Positions 10,113 through 20,575 of a stretch of 64,000 bases of DNA are shown here, one piece after another. This DNA is from Candidatus Binatia bacterium (GTDB lineage Bacteria > Desulfobacterota > Binatia > HRBIN30), in the NCBI GenBank assembly GCA_937925685.1, contig CALAMI010000008.1, forward strand, positions 77,518 to 141,517. Reading direction: 5' to 3'. The notes under the pieces are model-generated. The model searched no databases and was not told the DNA's origin. It saw only the letters and a program-made list of their open reading frames with translations. The translations under genes were made by a program, and so were the position numbers. The stretch's first letter is position 1; every line of letters begins with the position of its first letter.

Positions 10113-11405
10113 ATGTCAAGTAAATCGAACCTGCTTCGTCGAACAGCCGTCACCCTGCTAGTTTACCTGCTGCTCCAGGCCCCGGTCGCGGAGTCACAAA
10201 TCGCCGAGTCTATGATACCCGAGGAGCGGGCATTCGAAGTCATATCTGTTTCCGCTAGGGAATTGCCCAACCTTTGGGCGTGCCCGGTGGAGCGCGTTGC
10301 TGCTTGGAGTTGTTGGGGGTTGTGTGCTCCCATCCTCGCGCAAGTGGACGAGCGCGACCCGCAGGGCCGCTGGGTGTTGGATGTTGGTTTAGATGACTCT
10401 CAGGACGAGCAGCGAGGTGGTTTCGATCCCACCGACTGGGTGCTCGTTCCACTCGTAGACCTTGGAAATCGTGCATCACTGCCACCGACGGGGGCGGCCT
10501 ACGCCGTGCGGGTGAGCGACCCGTCGGCAACTTTTACCCGGTGGTTTTACTTGGGTTGCTCCAAGGGCAACGACCGATTGGCGATTCCTGGTTCCGCACG
10601 GGTAGAGGCGAAGCCACATCTCGACGAGATTCAGATGCGCCGCATGACCGTGAAGTTCTGCGGTGCTCTACCGAAATGGATGTCGGTTGACGATGGACCG
10701 AACCTTCTCGATCGCCTCAAGCTGCGGGCGCAGGCTCGATTCTTGTTCGGGCTGGTCACTGTGCGACGAAACGAATCTCACGTCCAGGGGCAAGTTCTGG
10801 GATGGCGGGCGGGACCCCTTCGGGCGATTCGGGCGCAGGAACACTGGCTGTACTTGGGCTCGGGGATTCGCACCCCAGTGTTCCGTTCTTACGCAATCTT
10901 TTACCCCGACTATCTCGATATCCCTGTTAGACTGCGACTGCGCTTTCCTGCCACGCACTTTTTCTCGTCGATCCGCGTTCAAGGCTACATCGATTTCCGC
11001 GGCTTGTGGGGCTGGTCCCTTTTGCTTCCCGACGATGGGGAAACTTACTTGATCGATGGCCAAACAAGCCCCCAGGAGAGAGCATTGGCGTACCGGAACC
11101 CTGCATGGTTTGCCCTGCGGGGCCCCGAAGTCACGATGATTCAGTATTTCGGACTAAGTCCTTCCCTACAATCGCTGAAACGCCGCTTTCTGTACCGTGA
11201 TGATAAGACTGCTGCATTTCCCCCAGAGTCAGTGCAGGGAGAAGTACCGGCGGTCGGATACGAGCTTAGCGAGTGGCAGGGTGTGGGCTCTGGAACGCAC
11301 TCACTCCATGTCACGAGCTTCGTCGTGCCGAGGGGGGTTCCACCCGCGCGGGTCATCGCCGCTCAGCGACAACCGCTAAGGATCGCTGTAGAGCCCCTAC
11401 CTTAA
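10113..11405 (+). CDS. Hypothetical secreted protein (no recognisable domain)
   Basis: 430-aa ORF with an N-terminal signal-peptide-like segment (RTAVTLLVYLLLQAPVAES). It lies on the opposite strand, between the two DUF1302 paralogs. Confidence 0.5.
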   Translation: MSSKSNLLRRTAVTLLVYLLLQAPVAESQIAESMIPEERAFEVISVSARELPNLWACPVERVAAWSCWGLCAPILAQVDERDPQGRWVLDVGLDDSQDEQRGGFDPTDWVLVPLVDLGNRASLPPTGAAYAVRVSDPSATFTRWFYLGCSKGNDRLAIPGSARVEAKPHLDEIQMRRMTVKFCGALPKWMSVDDGPNLLDRLKLRAQARFLFGLVTVRRNESHVQGQVLGWRAGPLRAIRAQEHWLYLGSGIRTPVFRSYAIFYPDYLDIPVRLRLRFPATHFFSSIRVQGYIDFRGLWGWSLLLPDDGETYLIDGQTSPQERALAYRNPAWFALRGPEVTMIQYFGLSPSLQSLKRRFLYRDDKTAAFPPESVQGEVPAVGYELSEWQGVGSGTHSLHVTSFVVPRGVPPARVIAAQRQPLRIAVEPLP

Positions 11406-11447
11406 ACGGCCCCTGCCCAGTACTCGTTTCACCAGCTCCTTCGTATT

Positions 11448-13352
11448 TTAGATGACGTAGTCGAACCGAAACTGAACGTTGTCGCGGTCGCGCAGGAGAC
11501 TAATTCCGCTTCCGCCCTTAAGTCGTCGCGCGTCGAGAATGCTGTAGTCCACCGTGAAGCGGAAGGGGTCGCGGACCAAGGTAATGCCAGGTTGATAGAC
11601 AAAAGCGCCCACCCAGTCATAAAACACTGCGAAGGTAGGGTTGACTTGTCCTCCCCGATATGAGGTCGTGAGCAGTAGAGTCTGCAGCAAGGAAGTCGCG
11701 GGCTGGCTTACCATTACGGGCTCGAGTGGCACTCCGAGTTGGGGCAAGAATGTGTCCACTACCGGCAGCACTTCTCGGTCGGGATTTAAGCGGCCATCCG
11801 GATTGAACACCCGCGTACCTGCCGCGTTACGAATGTGCTTGACGAAAAACTGCGTGCTCAAAAAAAACGTGTTGCTGGGGTTGAGGAAGCGCAACCAAAG
11901 GTTCGCGTCCCAGCCGACGAGCAGATTCACCGAGTCGCGCAAACGGCGACCACCAGTCGTTCCGCGCTGGCCGAAGAGAAACGGGTCGAACTGATACTGC
12001 GTATATGCCGGTTCGTCTTTGAAATACGCAGCTTCCGATCGCAGCACACTGTAAATTTCAGGAATGGCGAACGTTGTTGTTGCCCCGAACACCTGCACTC
12101 TGGGCGCTGTTAAGTGCACGTGAACTGGGCTTCCACAGTTGTTTCGACTCGGATCGTTCCCTCGAAAAGGGAAGCGTGGGTCGAGGGGGCAAGGACGTCC
12201 CTCGTCGAAGGCTTGGATCGGAATCCCCCTGACAGTGAACAATTGCGTTGCCGGTAGATCGAAGTAGGTGGAAAGGTACGCTACACTGAACGTCGCATCG
12301 GCCCAGTTGAACACGAATCTAGCGCCGCCACGAGAGTCGGCAAAGTTTCGGCTGGGTGCGAACGTGAAGGTCCGCACTTCCGTGCGCGGTGCCCCGAACG
12401 AGGGCAAACTCCACGGAGAACCGGGAGGAATCGGTGGAATAAAGCCAACTTGATCGTCGATTGCCAAGTACCCTTCGAAAAAGGTGTCGACAAGAGGTCC
12501 GATGGAGCCAACCCGATACTGAGCCCGTAACATGTCGAGGGGCAGCCGACGCTCGTCCAAAGGAATGAGAAAGCCGCCAAAGCTCGAGTCGAGCGGATTG
12601 ATGTGGTCCAGCAGTTGGAAGATGTCCGACTCCCCCCACGAGAGCACCTGCCGGCCAAAACGCACAAAGAATCGGCCGGCGATGCCCTCGACGTAAGCCT
12701 GAAATAGGCGCTCCCGGTGAGAGGCAACGCGGCGGAGATGGCGACGCGCCCCTCCGATGTCCGGTGCTGTTTGGTTGATCGCCGCTAGAGGTAAACGAGT
12801 CAGCACGTCAAGGGACTTGGCGGTGGCATACTCTTGGGGCCCCCAATCGTAAACCCCCTCGTACTCGCCGCGGAACGTTAAATGGTAGCCGACGTTGCGC
12901 AAGCGAAAGGGTAGGTCGCGAAGCAGCGACAAGGGACCCACCCCAACTTCAATGAATCTGTCGATCCGATGGTCGAGTTCTGCCTCCAGAAAAAAACGGT
13001 TCTGCCGTAGGTGACCAGCGGCAGAAAATGGGAAAGTGGCCGAGGTGGAAGGCAAAACTTGGCTGCTCACGCGGTTGGGTATGCCCTGGTGGGTGTTTTC
13101 CGTGCCCAGCCGAGCATTTACGTACGTCCGCACGCCCAATTTTATCGAGCCATCGCGGTCGAGAGCGATCCCCCGTACCTCTGGAGCAGCTGCAATCGTG
13201 AGCAATAACGTGCTCAGTACCAACCACCGGTTACAACACTGTGTCACGACCGACCTCCCGCACCTAAGATCCTCAGGGTACCCGAACCCTGGCTCGCTTA
13301 CGGCCAAGTATCTCCTTTCGTCAAGGGGTAGAGACGATTGTCGCCGGAGCAT
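11448..13352 (-). CDS. DUF1302-family outer-membrane protein (paralog 2)
   Basis: Collinear with paralog 1 in protein sequence (DGxIKLGVRTYVNARxGTExTH...HLRQNRFFxExEL...FRFxYVI) and recognisably similar at the nucleotide level. The true start may lie downstream of the annotated Met. Confidence 0.7.
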   Translation of the reverse strand: MLRRQSSLPLDERRYLAVSEPGFGYPEDLRCGRSVVTQCCNRWLVLSTLLLTIAAAPEVRGIALDRDGSIKLGVRTYVNARLGTENTHQGIPNRVSSQVLPSTSATFPFSAAGHLRQNRFFLEAELDHRIDRFIEVGVGPLSLLRDLPFRLRNVGYHLTFRGEYEGVYDWGPQEYATAKSLDVLTRLPLAAINQTAPDIGGARRHLRRVASHRERLFQAYVEGIAGRFFVRFGRQVLSWGESDIFQLLDHINPLDSSFGGFLIPLDERRLPLDMLRAQYRVGSIGPLVDTFFEGYLAIDDQVGFIPPIPPGSPWSLPSFGAPRTEVRTFTFAPSRNFADSRGGARFVFNWADATFSVAYLSTYFDLPATQLFTVRGIPIQAFDEGRPCPLDPRFPFRGNDPSRNNCGSPVHVHLTAPRVQVFGATTTFAIPEIYSVLRSEAAYFKDEPAYTQYQFDPFLFGQRGTTGGRRLRDSVNLLVGWDANLWLRFLNPSNTFFLSTQFFVKHIRNAAGTRVFNPDGRLNPDREVLPVVDTFLPQLGVPLEPVMVSQPATSLLQTLLLTTSYRGGQVNPTFAVFYDWVGAFVYQPGITLVRDPFRFTVDYSILDARRLKGGSGISLLRDRDNVQFRFDYVI

Positions 13353-13436
13353 GCCTTGACATAAGGGAAAGAAAACTTTACTGCAACTAACTAAATATAT
13401 TGACAGTCAAGCACGGCTCGTGGCACAGAAGCTTCG

Positions 13437-14963
13437 ATGTCCTCGCGGGTGCTTTCCGGCGCTGTTCACGGGATCGATGCCCTGCTTGTGGAAGTGGAAG
13501 CGGACTTCCTTCCAGGACTGCCTCGGTTGGACATCGTTGGCCTCGCTGAAGGGCCGGTACGCGAAAGTAAAGAGCGGGTGCGGGCGGCGGTGAAAAACAG
13601 CGGGTTTCGCCTCCCGAGCGCGCGCATCGTGATCAATTTGGCCCCGGCCGATGTGAAAAAGGATGGGTCGGCTTACGACCTGCCCATTGCGCTGGGAATT
13701 CTAGCCAATCAGGAACTGCTACCGAAAGAGCGCCTGCTCAAGTACATGGTTCTCGGGGAACTTTCGTTGGACGGCCGTGTCAAACGCGTCCGCGGGGCCC
13801 TGCCTCTTGCTGCTGCAGCACAACGGTATGGCTTACGTGGGGTGCTGCTACCGGCTGAGAATGCTGCAGAGGCAGCCGTGGTCGATGGGATCGAGGCGAT
13901 CCCGGTGACGAGCTTAGTGGAAGCCGTCGGATTTCTTCTGGGCCATCTCAGCATCGACCCTGTGCGAGTCGACATCGACGGCTTGTTTCGGGAGGCTCAA
14001 ACTCACGACGTTGATTTCAGCGAGGTTCGGGGGCAGCTCCACGTAAAGCGCGCTTTGGAAGTAGCCGCGGCCGGAGGCCACAACGTGCTCATGGTGGGGC
14101 CGCCGGGCTCAGGAAAAACGATGCTGGCGAAGCGAATCCCGACGATTCTTCCACCGTTAACGCTAGCGGAGGCGCTCGAGACCTCGCGGGTTCACAGTGT
14201 GGTCGGTTTCATGGATGGACGGGCGCTCATTACTACGCGGCCATTTCGCTCGCCTCACCACACGATTAGCGATGCGGGCTTAATCGGCGGTGGGTCTATC
14301 CCGAAGCCAGGGGAAGTTAGTCTTGCGCACAATGGCGTGCTGTTTCTCGACGAATTACCGGAATTTCGCAAAAACGTGCTTGAAGTACTACGCCAACCGC
14401 TGGAGGAACAGCGCATTACCATTGCGCGGGCGCTGGCGTCTATTACCTATCCTGCGCGCTGTATGCTGGTCGCGGCCATGAACCCTTGCCCCTGTGGCTT
14501 CTTGGGCGATCCGCAGAAGGATTGTACTTGCTCGCCGCTGCAAATTGAACGTTACCGGTCGCGGATTTCGGGACCTTTACTCGATCGCATTGATATCCAC
14601 ATCGAGGTTCCGCCGGTGCAGTTCCGGGATCTAGCAGGATCACAACCCGCTGAGCCATCGGCTGCGATCCGCTCCCGGGTCGATCGCGCCCGGGTGCGTC
14701 AACTGCAACGGTTTCGCGGCCGCAAGATTTACTGTAACGCGCAAATGGGAAGTCGCGAGTTGGCTCGATTTTGTCGCCTCGACAGCCAGGGCGAGAAACT
14801 GCTCGAAGCGGCCATGGTTCGCTTGGGATTGAGTGCGCGCGCCTACACTCGTGTGCTCAAGGTTGCCAGAACCATTGCCGATCTCGACGGGCAAGATGCC
14901 ATTGACCCCTCTCACATTGCCGAAGCGGTCCAGTACCGCTCGCTCGACCGACCCGTGGGTTGA
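13437..14963 (+). CDS. comM: Mg-chelatase-like AAA+ ATPase ComM/YifB
   Basis: Full-length match to the YifB/ComM family. Contains the Lon-like N-domain, Walker [16 protein letters not shown], and a C-terminal Mg-chelatase subunit ChlI domain. Confidence 0.9.
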   Translation: MSSRVLSGAVHGIDALLVEVEADFLPGLPRLDIVGLAEGPVRESKERVRAAVKNSGFRLPSARIVINLAPADVKKDGSAYDLPIALGILANQELLPKERLLKYMVLGELSLDGRVKRVRGALPLAAAAQRYGLRGVLLPAENAAEAAVVDGIEAIPVTSLVEAVGFLLGHLSIDPVRVDIDGLFREAQTHDVDFSEVRGQLHVKRALEVAAAGGHNVLMVGPPGSGKTMLAKRIPTILPPLTLAEALETSRVHSVVGFMDGRALITTRPFRSPHHTISDAGLIGGGSIPKPGEVSLAHNGVLFLDELPEFRKNVLEVLRQPLEEQRITIARALASITYPARCMLVAAMNPCPCGFLGDPQKDCTCSPLQIERYRSRISGPLLDRIDIHIEVPPVQFRDLAGSQPAEPSAAIRSRVDRARVRQLQRFRGRKIYCNAQMGSRELARFCRLDSQGEKLLEAAMVRLGLSARAYTRVLKVARTIADLDGQDAIDPSHIAEAVQYRSLDRPVG

Positions 14964-14974
14964 GAGTGTCCCCC

Positions 14975-16120
14975 ATGGCCTTGGGTCCGGCAGTCCAAAA
15001 CTCTTCGGTGAGTTCCCCGCGAGGGCCAGAGGATTGGCGGTGGTGGATCGCTTTGCGCATGGTGCAAGGCGTCGGTCCAGTCGTTTATCAGTCGCTCTTG
15101 CGGCTGTTTCACGAACCCTGTCGGGTGTTTGCTGCGGGAGTCGATGCACTGGAATGTGTCGGGGTGCGGCCAGAATTGGCTCGTGCCATACACGGGTTCG
15201 ATCGTTGGGCCGAGGTCGATCGTGACCTTGAACGACTTCAACGAACGGGGGCCGTCATCGTGACGTTGCACGACATTCACTACCCTCCATTGTTGCGCCA
15301 CACTCACGATCCTCCGCCCTTCCTTTACATGCTGGGCGAAGTGCATCCTGCCGATACTCTGTCGGTCGCCGTCGTCGGTTCTCGAGATCCAACAAGTTAT
15401 GGGTTGCGGATGGCACGAGAGCTAACGGTGGGGCTGGTGCAGTTTGGATTCACGATCGTTAGCGGGCTGGCGCGGGGAATCGATGGTGCAGCTCACTGGT
15501 CGGCACTGAAGGAAGGAGGTCGCACCCTGGCGGTACTGGGATCGGGGGTGGACGTGATTTACCCGCCAGAGCATCGAGCGTTAGCGCGGCGGATCATGAG
15601 CCAGGGGGCGCTGCTCAGCGAATTGCCGATGGGGGCGCAACCCGACGCGGAAAACTTTCCCAGTCGCAACCGCATCATCAGTGGGATGACCCGGGGTACG
15701 ATTGTGGTCGAGGCAGCGGAAAAAAGTGGGTCCTTGATCACTGCTCATGCAGCCGCCGATCAGGGACGTGAGGTGTTTGCCGTGCCTGGGCCGGTAGGAC
15801 AGCGATCCCGAGGTACCCATCGGTTGATCCGCAACGGCGCGAAGCTGACCGAATCTGCCCGCGATGTGATTGAAGAAATTGCCCCCCAACTCCTTGAGGC
15901 AGGATCACCCCGGGGGGTGCGACAGCGCCCGCTGCCGCTGGAGGCTGTGCCCCTGGTCGAACTTCTTCGCCGACAGCCACTGCATGTCGACGAACTCATC
16001 GCCCGCAGTGGGCAGCCTGCAACGCAGGTGCTCGCAACTTTGCTCGATCTTGAACTGCAAGGGGTCGTGCAACAACTGCCAGGCAAGTGCTTTGCGCTCG
16101 TGGAGAGTGCCGCTGGTTGA
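14975..16120 (+). CDS. dprA: DNA processing protein DprA (Smf)
   Basis: Rossmann-like DprA core (GLARGIDGAAHWSAL...LAVLGSGVDVIYPPEH...AVPG). An alternative TTG start at 14960 overlaps the comM stop. Confidence 0.85.
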   Translation: MALGPAVQNSSVSSPRGPEDWRWWIALRMVQGVGPVVYQSLLRLFHEPCRVFAAGVDALECVGVRPELARAIHGFDRWAEVDRDLERLQRTGAVIVTLHDIHYPPLLRHTHDPPPFLYMLGEVHPADTLSVAVVGSRDPTSYGLRMARELTVGLVQFGFTIVSGLARGIDGAAHWSALKEGGRTLAVLGSGVDVIYPPEHRALARRIMSQGALLSELPMGAQPDAENFPSRNRIISGMTRGTIVVEAAEKSGSLITAHAAADQGREVFAVPGPVGQRSRGTHRLIRNGAKLTESARDVIEEIAPQLLEAGSPRGVRQRPLPLEAVPLVELLRRQPLHVDELIARSGQPATQVLATLLDLELQGVVQQLPGKCFALVESAAG

Positions 16121-16153
16121 CGAAGGGGGCAAGCCGGCTATCAGTTACGACCC

Positions 16154-18475
16154 ATGACGAAAAACTTGGTGATTGTCGAATCGCCGGCAAAAGCGAAAAC
16201 CCTGCAGAAATATTTGGGTAGCGATTACCAGGTGAAGTCCTCAGTGGGCCACGTCAAAGACTTGCCCAAGAGTCGACTCGGTGTGGACGTCGAGCACGAT
16301 TTTCGTCCCGAGTACGAAGTCATCCATGGAAAGCGCAAAATCCTCAGTGAACTGCGCCGTGCCGCAAAGGATAAGGAACGCATTTTCTTGGCCCCAGATC
16401 CTGATCGGGAAGGCGAAGCCATCGCCTGGCATATTGCGGAGAGCCTCGGGGTCGACTCGGACCGAATCCGCCGCGTCCTCTTCCACGAAATCACGAAGTC
16501 GGCCGTGTTGGAGGCGATCCAACATCCGCGCCAGCTCGACCGCAATCTTTACGAGGCGCAGCAAGCGCGCCGCATACTCGATCGACTGGTCGGCTACGAG
16601 ATTAGCCCGCTGCTGTGGAAGAAAGTCCGAAGGGGGTTGTCGGCGGGTCGGGTGCAGTCGGTGGCCGTTCGACTCATCGTTGACCGAGAGCGGGAGATCC
16701 AGCGCTTCAAACCCAAAGAGTACTGGAGCATTACAGCCCGGCTCGAGGGCAAACAGCCGCCGCCGTTTGCAGCTCGGCTCATAAAAATAGCCGAGCACAA
16801 GCTTGACCCCGAATCATTCCGTATCGAGAACGAAGCGGCGGCGCAAGCGCTCGTGGAGCGGCTGCGAGGTGCGGAGTTCAAGGTGGTTCGCGTCGAGAAA
16901 AAAGAGCGCAGGCGTTTCCCCGCTCCGCCGTTTACCACCTCGCGCTTGCAACAAGAGGCAGCGCGGAAACTAGGTTTGACGCCAACGCGGACTATGCGGA
17001 TTGCGCAGCGACTCTATGAAGGAGTTGAGTTGGGTCCAGAGGGATCGGTGGGATTGATCACCTACATGCGCACCGATTCCACGCGCATATCCGCGGAGGC
17101 ACAAGACCATGCGCGAACGTGGATCCGGGAAGAGTTTGGGGATTCGTACCTGCCCGCACAACCGCCGGTCTATCCGAGTAAGAAAAGCGTACAGGATGCC
17201 CATGAGGCGATCCGGCCGACGTCGTTCGACTACCCGCCAGAAAGGGTGCGAGCTTACCTGACCACGCAGGAATACGCGCTTTACAAGCTCGTCTGGGATC
17301 GCTTCATCGCCAGCCAAATGCTTCCCGCAGTCTTTGATCGCACGACGGTCGACATTGCGGCCGAGGATACGTTGTTTCGGGCCACGGGGCAAGTGTTGAA
17401 GTTCGATGGCTTTACACGCGTTTATACCGAAGGCCGTGACGAGGAACCGCAGAAGAGCGACGAAGACCAAGGCGAGGCAGAACCCGAGTTTCGCAACGCC
17501 CCGCTACCTCCGCTCGAGGAAGGGGAGGTGTTGCGGCTGTTGGATCTCGTGCCCGCACAACATTTCACCCAACCCCCACCGCGGTTCACTCAGGCGAGCC
17601 TGGTTAAGGAATTGGAGGAAAAAGGAATTGGCCGGCCCTCTACTTACGCAACCATCGTCGGCACGATTCTTAACCGGGAATATGTCATCGAGGACAAGTC
17701 CAAACGTCTGCGCCCGACCGAACTGGGGTTTTTGGTTACTGACTTGCTCGTGCAGGCCTTCCCAGACATCTTAAACGTGGAATTCACTGCAGGGATGGAG
17801 GAAGAGTTGGACAAAGTCGAAGAGGGTAAGGAGAAGTGGACGGAAACCCTCCGGCGCTTTTACGTGCCGTTTCGGCGCGATTTGGAACAAGCCGAAGTCC
17901 ACATGCGCGACGTGAAGAGCGGTCAGCCTACAGAACTACGTTGCCCGAATTGCGGTGAACCGATGATGTTGCGCTGGGGGCGTACGGGCGATTACCTTGC
18001 CTGCGCCCGCTACCCGGAGTGCAAGACCACGCGCAACTTTGTCCGCGAAGACGACGGGAGTATTCGCATCGTGGAGCGGGAAACGGCCGAGGAAAGCTGC
18101 CCGCAGTGCGGCAAGCCAATGGAAGTTCGTTACGGGCGGTTCGGGAAATTTCTCGGCTGTTCGGCATACCCGGCATGCAAAACGGTTTTGCCCTTCGAGC
18201 GCCCACGCGCCACAGGCGTCTTCTGTCCCGACTGCAAGGAGGGGCAGGTCTTGGAAAAGCGCTCGCGTGCAGGGAAAACATTCTATAGTTGTAGCCGATA
18301 CCCCCATTGCCGTTTTGCTACATGGGAGCGCCCGATCCCGGAACCTTGTCCGGAGTGTGGGGCCCCGTTCGTCGTGGAAAAAACCACGAAGCGGCAAGGC
18401 ACGGTGCGCCGGTGCTTGGCTGAGGGCTGCACTTATCGGGAAACGGTGGCAGACACCGCCGAACAACTGGTGTAG
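16154..18475 (+). CDS. topA: DNA topoisomerase I
   Basis: TOPRIM N-terminus MTKNLVIVESPAKAKTLQKYLG, the catalytic Tyr region, and several C-terminal C4 zinc ribbons (CPNCG...CKT, CPQCG...CKT, CPDC...CRF, CPECG). Confidence 0.95.
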   Translation: MTKNLVIVESPAKAKTLQKYLGSDYQVKSSVGHVKDLPKSRLGVDVEHDFRPEYEVIHGKRKILSELRRAAKDKERIFLAPDPDREGEAIAWHIAESLGVDSDRIRRVLFHEITKSAVLEAIQHPRQLDRNLYEAQQARRILDRLVGYEISPLLWKKVRRGLSAGRVQSVAVRLIVDREREIQRFKPKEYWSITARLEGKQPPPFAARLIKIAEHKLDPESFRIENEAAAQALVERLRGAEFKVVRVEKKERRRFPAPPFTTSRLQQEAARKLGLTPTRTMRIAQRLYEGVELGPEGSVGLITYMRTDSTRISAEAQDHARTWIREEFGDSYLPAQPPVYPSKKSVQDAHEAIRPTSFDYPPERVRAYLTTQEYALYKLVWDRFIASQMLPAVFDRTTVDIAAEDTLFRATGQVLKFDGFTRVYTEGRDEEPQKSDEDQGEAEPEFRNAPLPPLEEGEVLRLLDLVPAQHFTQPPPRFTQASLVKELEEKGIGRPSTYATIVGTILNREYVIEDKSKRLRPTELGFLVTDLLVQAFPDILNVEFTAGMEEELDKVEEGKEKWTETLRRFYVPFRRDLEQAEVHMRDVKSGQPTELRCPNCGEPMMLRWGRTGDYLACARYPECKTTRNFVREDDGSIRIVERETAEESCPQCGKPMEVRYGRFGKFLGCSAYPACKTVLPFERPRATGVFCPDCKEGQVLEKRSRAGKTFYSCSRYPHCRFATWERPIPEPCPECGAPFVVEKTTKRQGTVRRCLAEGCTYRETVADTAEQLV

Positions 18476-18553
18476 CCTGAGGGCCTAGCGAACAGGCTTC
18501 CCCCAGCGCCGGGGGCGAGCACGTACAGGAGCATTCAGGTGAGCGAGGTTTTC

Positions 18554-19933
18554 ATGAAAACGGTTCCTACCATTAGCTCGACGACGGAACCCATCACGAT
18601 CGTCGGTGGTGGCCTCGCTGGTGCAGAGGCCGCGTGGCAACTGGCGCAGCGAGGAATTCGTGTGCGTCTGTATGAAATGCGACCACAGCGCCAGACCGAA
18701 GCGCATCGGACCGACCGCTTGGCCGAACTTGTTTGCTCGAACTCGTTCCGCAGTGCGAGCCTGGACACTGCTGTGGGCCTCTTAAAAGAAGAAATGCGTC
18801 GCCTGGGGTCGGTCATTTTGGCCGCTGCCGAGCAGACAAGCGTGCCAGCAGGATCGGCCCTTGCCGTGGACCGTGAGCAATTTGCGGAAGTGGTGACACA
18901 AGCCATTGCGTCTTGTGGGGAGATTGTTGTGGTTCGGCAAGAGGTGCGCGACATTCCCGAGGGTGTGTGTCTCATTGCGACCGGCCCGCTGACTTCTCCC
19001 TCGCTATCCTACGCACTGCAGGAACGTTTGGGGCAAAAGTATTTGTACTTTTACGATGCCATCGCACCAATTGTGACGGCCGATTCCATTGATCGTTCCA
19101 TTGTTTTCCCTGCATCTCGATACGGGAAAGGCGGCGAGGATTATCTCAACTGTCCGATGACGCGTGATGAGTACTATGCCTTTGTCGATGCAGTGCTCGC
19201 TGCCGAGAAGGTCCCAGTTCGCGATTTTGAACGTTGTATTTATTTCGAAGGATGCATGCCGATCGAGGAAATGGCGCGGCGGGGCCGGGACACACTCGCT
19301 TTTGGTCCCATGCGACCCGTGGGCCTGGTCGACCCCAGAAGCGGGCAGCGGCCTTATGCCGTGGTGCAGCTTCGCCAGGACAACGCCTCTGCCACCTTGT
19401 ATAACATGGTTGGCTTCCAGACCAAAATGACGTATCCAGAGCAACGGCGCGTGTTCCGTATGATCCCAGGGCTCGAAAAAGCGGAGTTCGTACGGCTAGG
19501 TAGCTTGCACCGCAATACGTTCGTTAACTCACCACGGGTTTTATCGCCTACCTTGCAACTCCGACGGCAGCCGACGACGTTTTTGGCTGGCCAGTTAGTA
19601 GGAGTGGAAGGATACGTAGAGTCGGCAGCGACCGGCCTGCTAGCTGGCTTGAATATCGCACGATTGGTGGCGGGGCTTCCCTGTGTCGTGCCACCTGTGA
19701 CCACGGCTCTCGGTTCGTTGCTGGCGTACGTGTCCAATCCAAAGAGGAGAGATTTTCAGCCAATGAATGCTAACTACGGGCTTCTCCCTCCTCTTCAGGG
19801 TCGGGAACGTGGTCGAGAAAAACGGCAGCAGTTGGCAAGGCGTGCCCTGAACGACTTGCAAGAATGGATCGATCGTTTCGGGTTAGCACCGCCCAAAGCG
19901 CCAGTGGAAGCAATGAGGGCCGTGGGACTGTAG
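18554..19933 (+). CDS. trmFO: Methylenetetrahydrofolate--tRNA-(uracil54-C5)-methyltransferase TrmFO (Gid)
   Basis: FAD-binding [14 protein letters not shown] motif and full-length TrmFO similarity. Start trimmed to MKTVPT. Confidence 0.9.
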   Translation: MKTVPTISSTTEPITIVGGGLAGAEAAWQLAQRGIRVRLYEMRPQRQTEAHRTDRLAELVCSNSFRSASLDTAVGLLKEEMRRLGSVILAAAEQTSVPAGSALAVDREQFAEVVTQAIASCGEIVVVRQEVRDIPEGVCLIATGPLTSPSLSYALQERLGQKYLYFYDAIAPIVTADSIDRSIVFPASRYGKGGEDYLNCPMTRDEYYAFVDAVLAAEKVPVRDFERCIYFEGCMPIEEMARRGRDTLAFGPMRPVGLVDPRSGQRPYAVVQLRQDNASATLYNMVGFQTKMTYPEQRRVFRMIPGLEKAEFVRLGSLHRNTFVNSPRVLSPTLQLRRQPTTFLAGQLVGVEGYVESAATGLLAGLNIARLVAGLPCVVPPVTTALGSLLAYVSNPKRRDFQPMNANYGLLPPLQGRERGREKRQQLARRALNDLQEWIDRFGLAPPKAPVEAMRAVGL

Positions 19934-19960
19934 GAGAGTGAGCTCCTCGGGGAGCCCTGC

Positions 19961-20575
19961 ATGTTAGTAGGAGAGCACATGACCGCGCGCGTCGTTACCG
20001 TAGCGCCACACGTTACGGTTTCGGAGGCGCGCAAACTCATGCGCGAGCACGACATTCGTCATCTCCCGGTAACGGAGCACTCACGGCTGATTGGCATTGT
20101 TGCTCGTAGCGACCTCAACTGGCCATCGACGGCGCGCGTGCCCGACGAAACTCCGGTGGCCGAGGTCATGAGCGGCAACGTGATCGCAGTGACTCCGCGA
20201 ACGACCATCGAAAATGCCGCAAGCCTTATGTTGGCGAACAAGATTGGTGCCCTTCCTGTCGTCGACGAGGAGGAGCACGTCGTTGGCATTCTCACAGCTG
20301 CCGACATTCTCTCGGTGTTTCTAGAAGTCATGGGCGTGGGCTCGGGAGCACGGCGGATCGAGATTCGCCTGCCGGATCGCCCGGGTGCCTTGGCGCAAGC
20401 GGTGCAATGCATCAGCGAGTTGGGTGTCAACATCGTCAGCGTCGTGTCTGCACGGGAACTCGAGGGATGGCGGACGTTGGTGCTGCGTTTGGCGACGGAG
20501 GACTTAGAGCCCGTGCTGACCGCCTTGGCCGACCGAGGCGTGGAGGTGGTAGCGACGGGTGAAGGCGACGACTGA
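19961..20575 (+). CDS. CBS-pair plus ACT domain protein
   Basis: Two CBS motifs (HDIRHLPV...GIVARSDL and GALPVVDEEEHVVGILTAADI) followed by an ACT-like C-terminal region (RIEIRLPDRPGALAQAV). Confidence 0.7.
   Translation: MLVGEHMTARVVTVAPHVTVSEARKLMREHDIRHLPVTEHSRLIGIVARSDLNWPSTARVPDETPVAEVMSGNVIAVTPRTTIENAASLMLANKIGALPVVDEEEHVVGILTAADILSVFLEVMGVGSGARRIEIRLPDRPGALAQAVQCISELGVNIVSVVSARELEGWRTLVLRLATEDLEPVLTALADRGVEVVATGEGDD

Noticed and set aside
13400..13436. Possible sigma54 promoter (tggcac-N5-cttcg) just upstream of comM
   Set aside because: The -12 element does not match TTGC(W), and the motif ends only about 5 nt before the start codon, leaving no room for a transcript leader.
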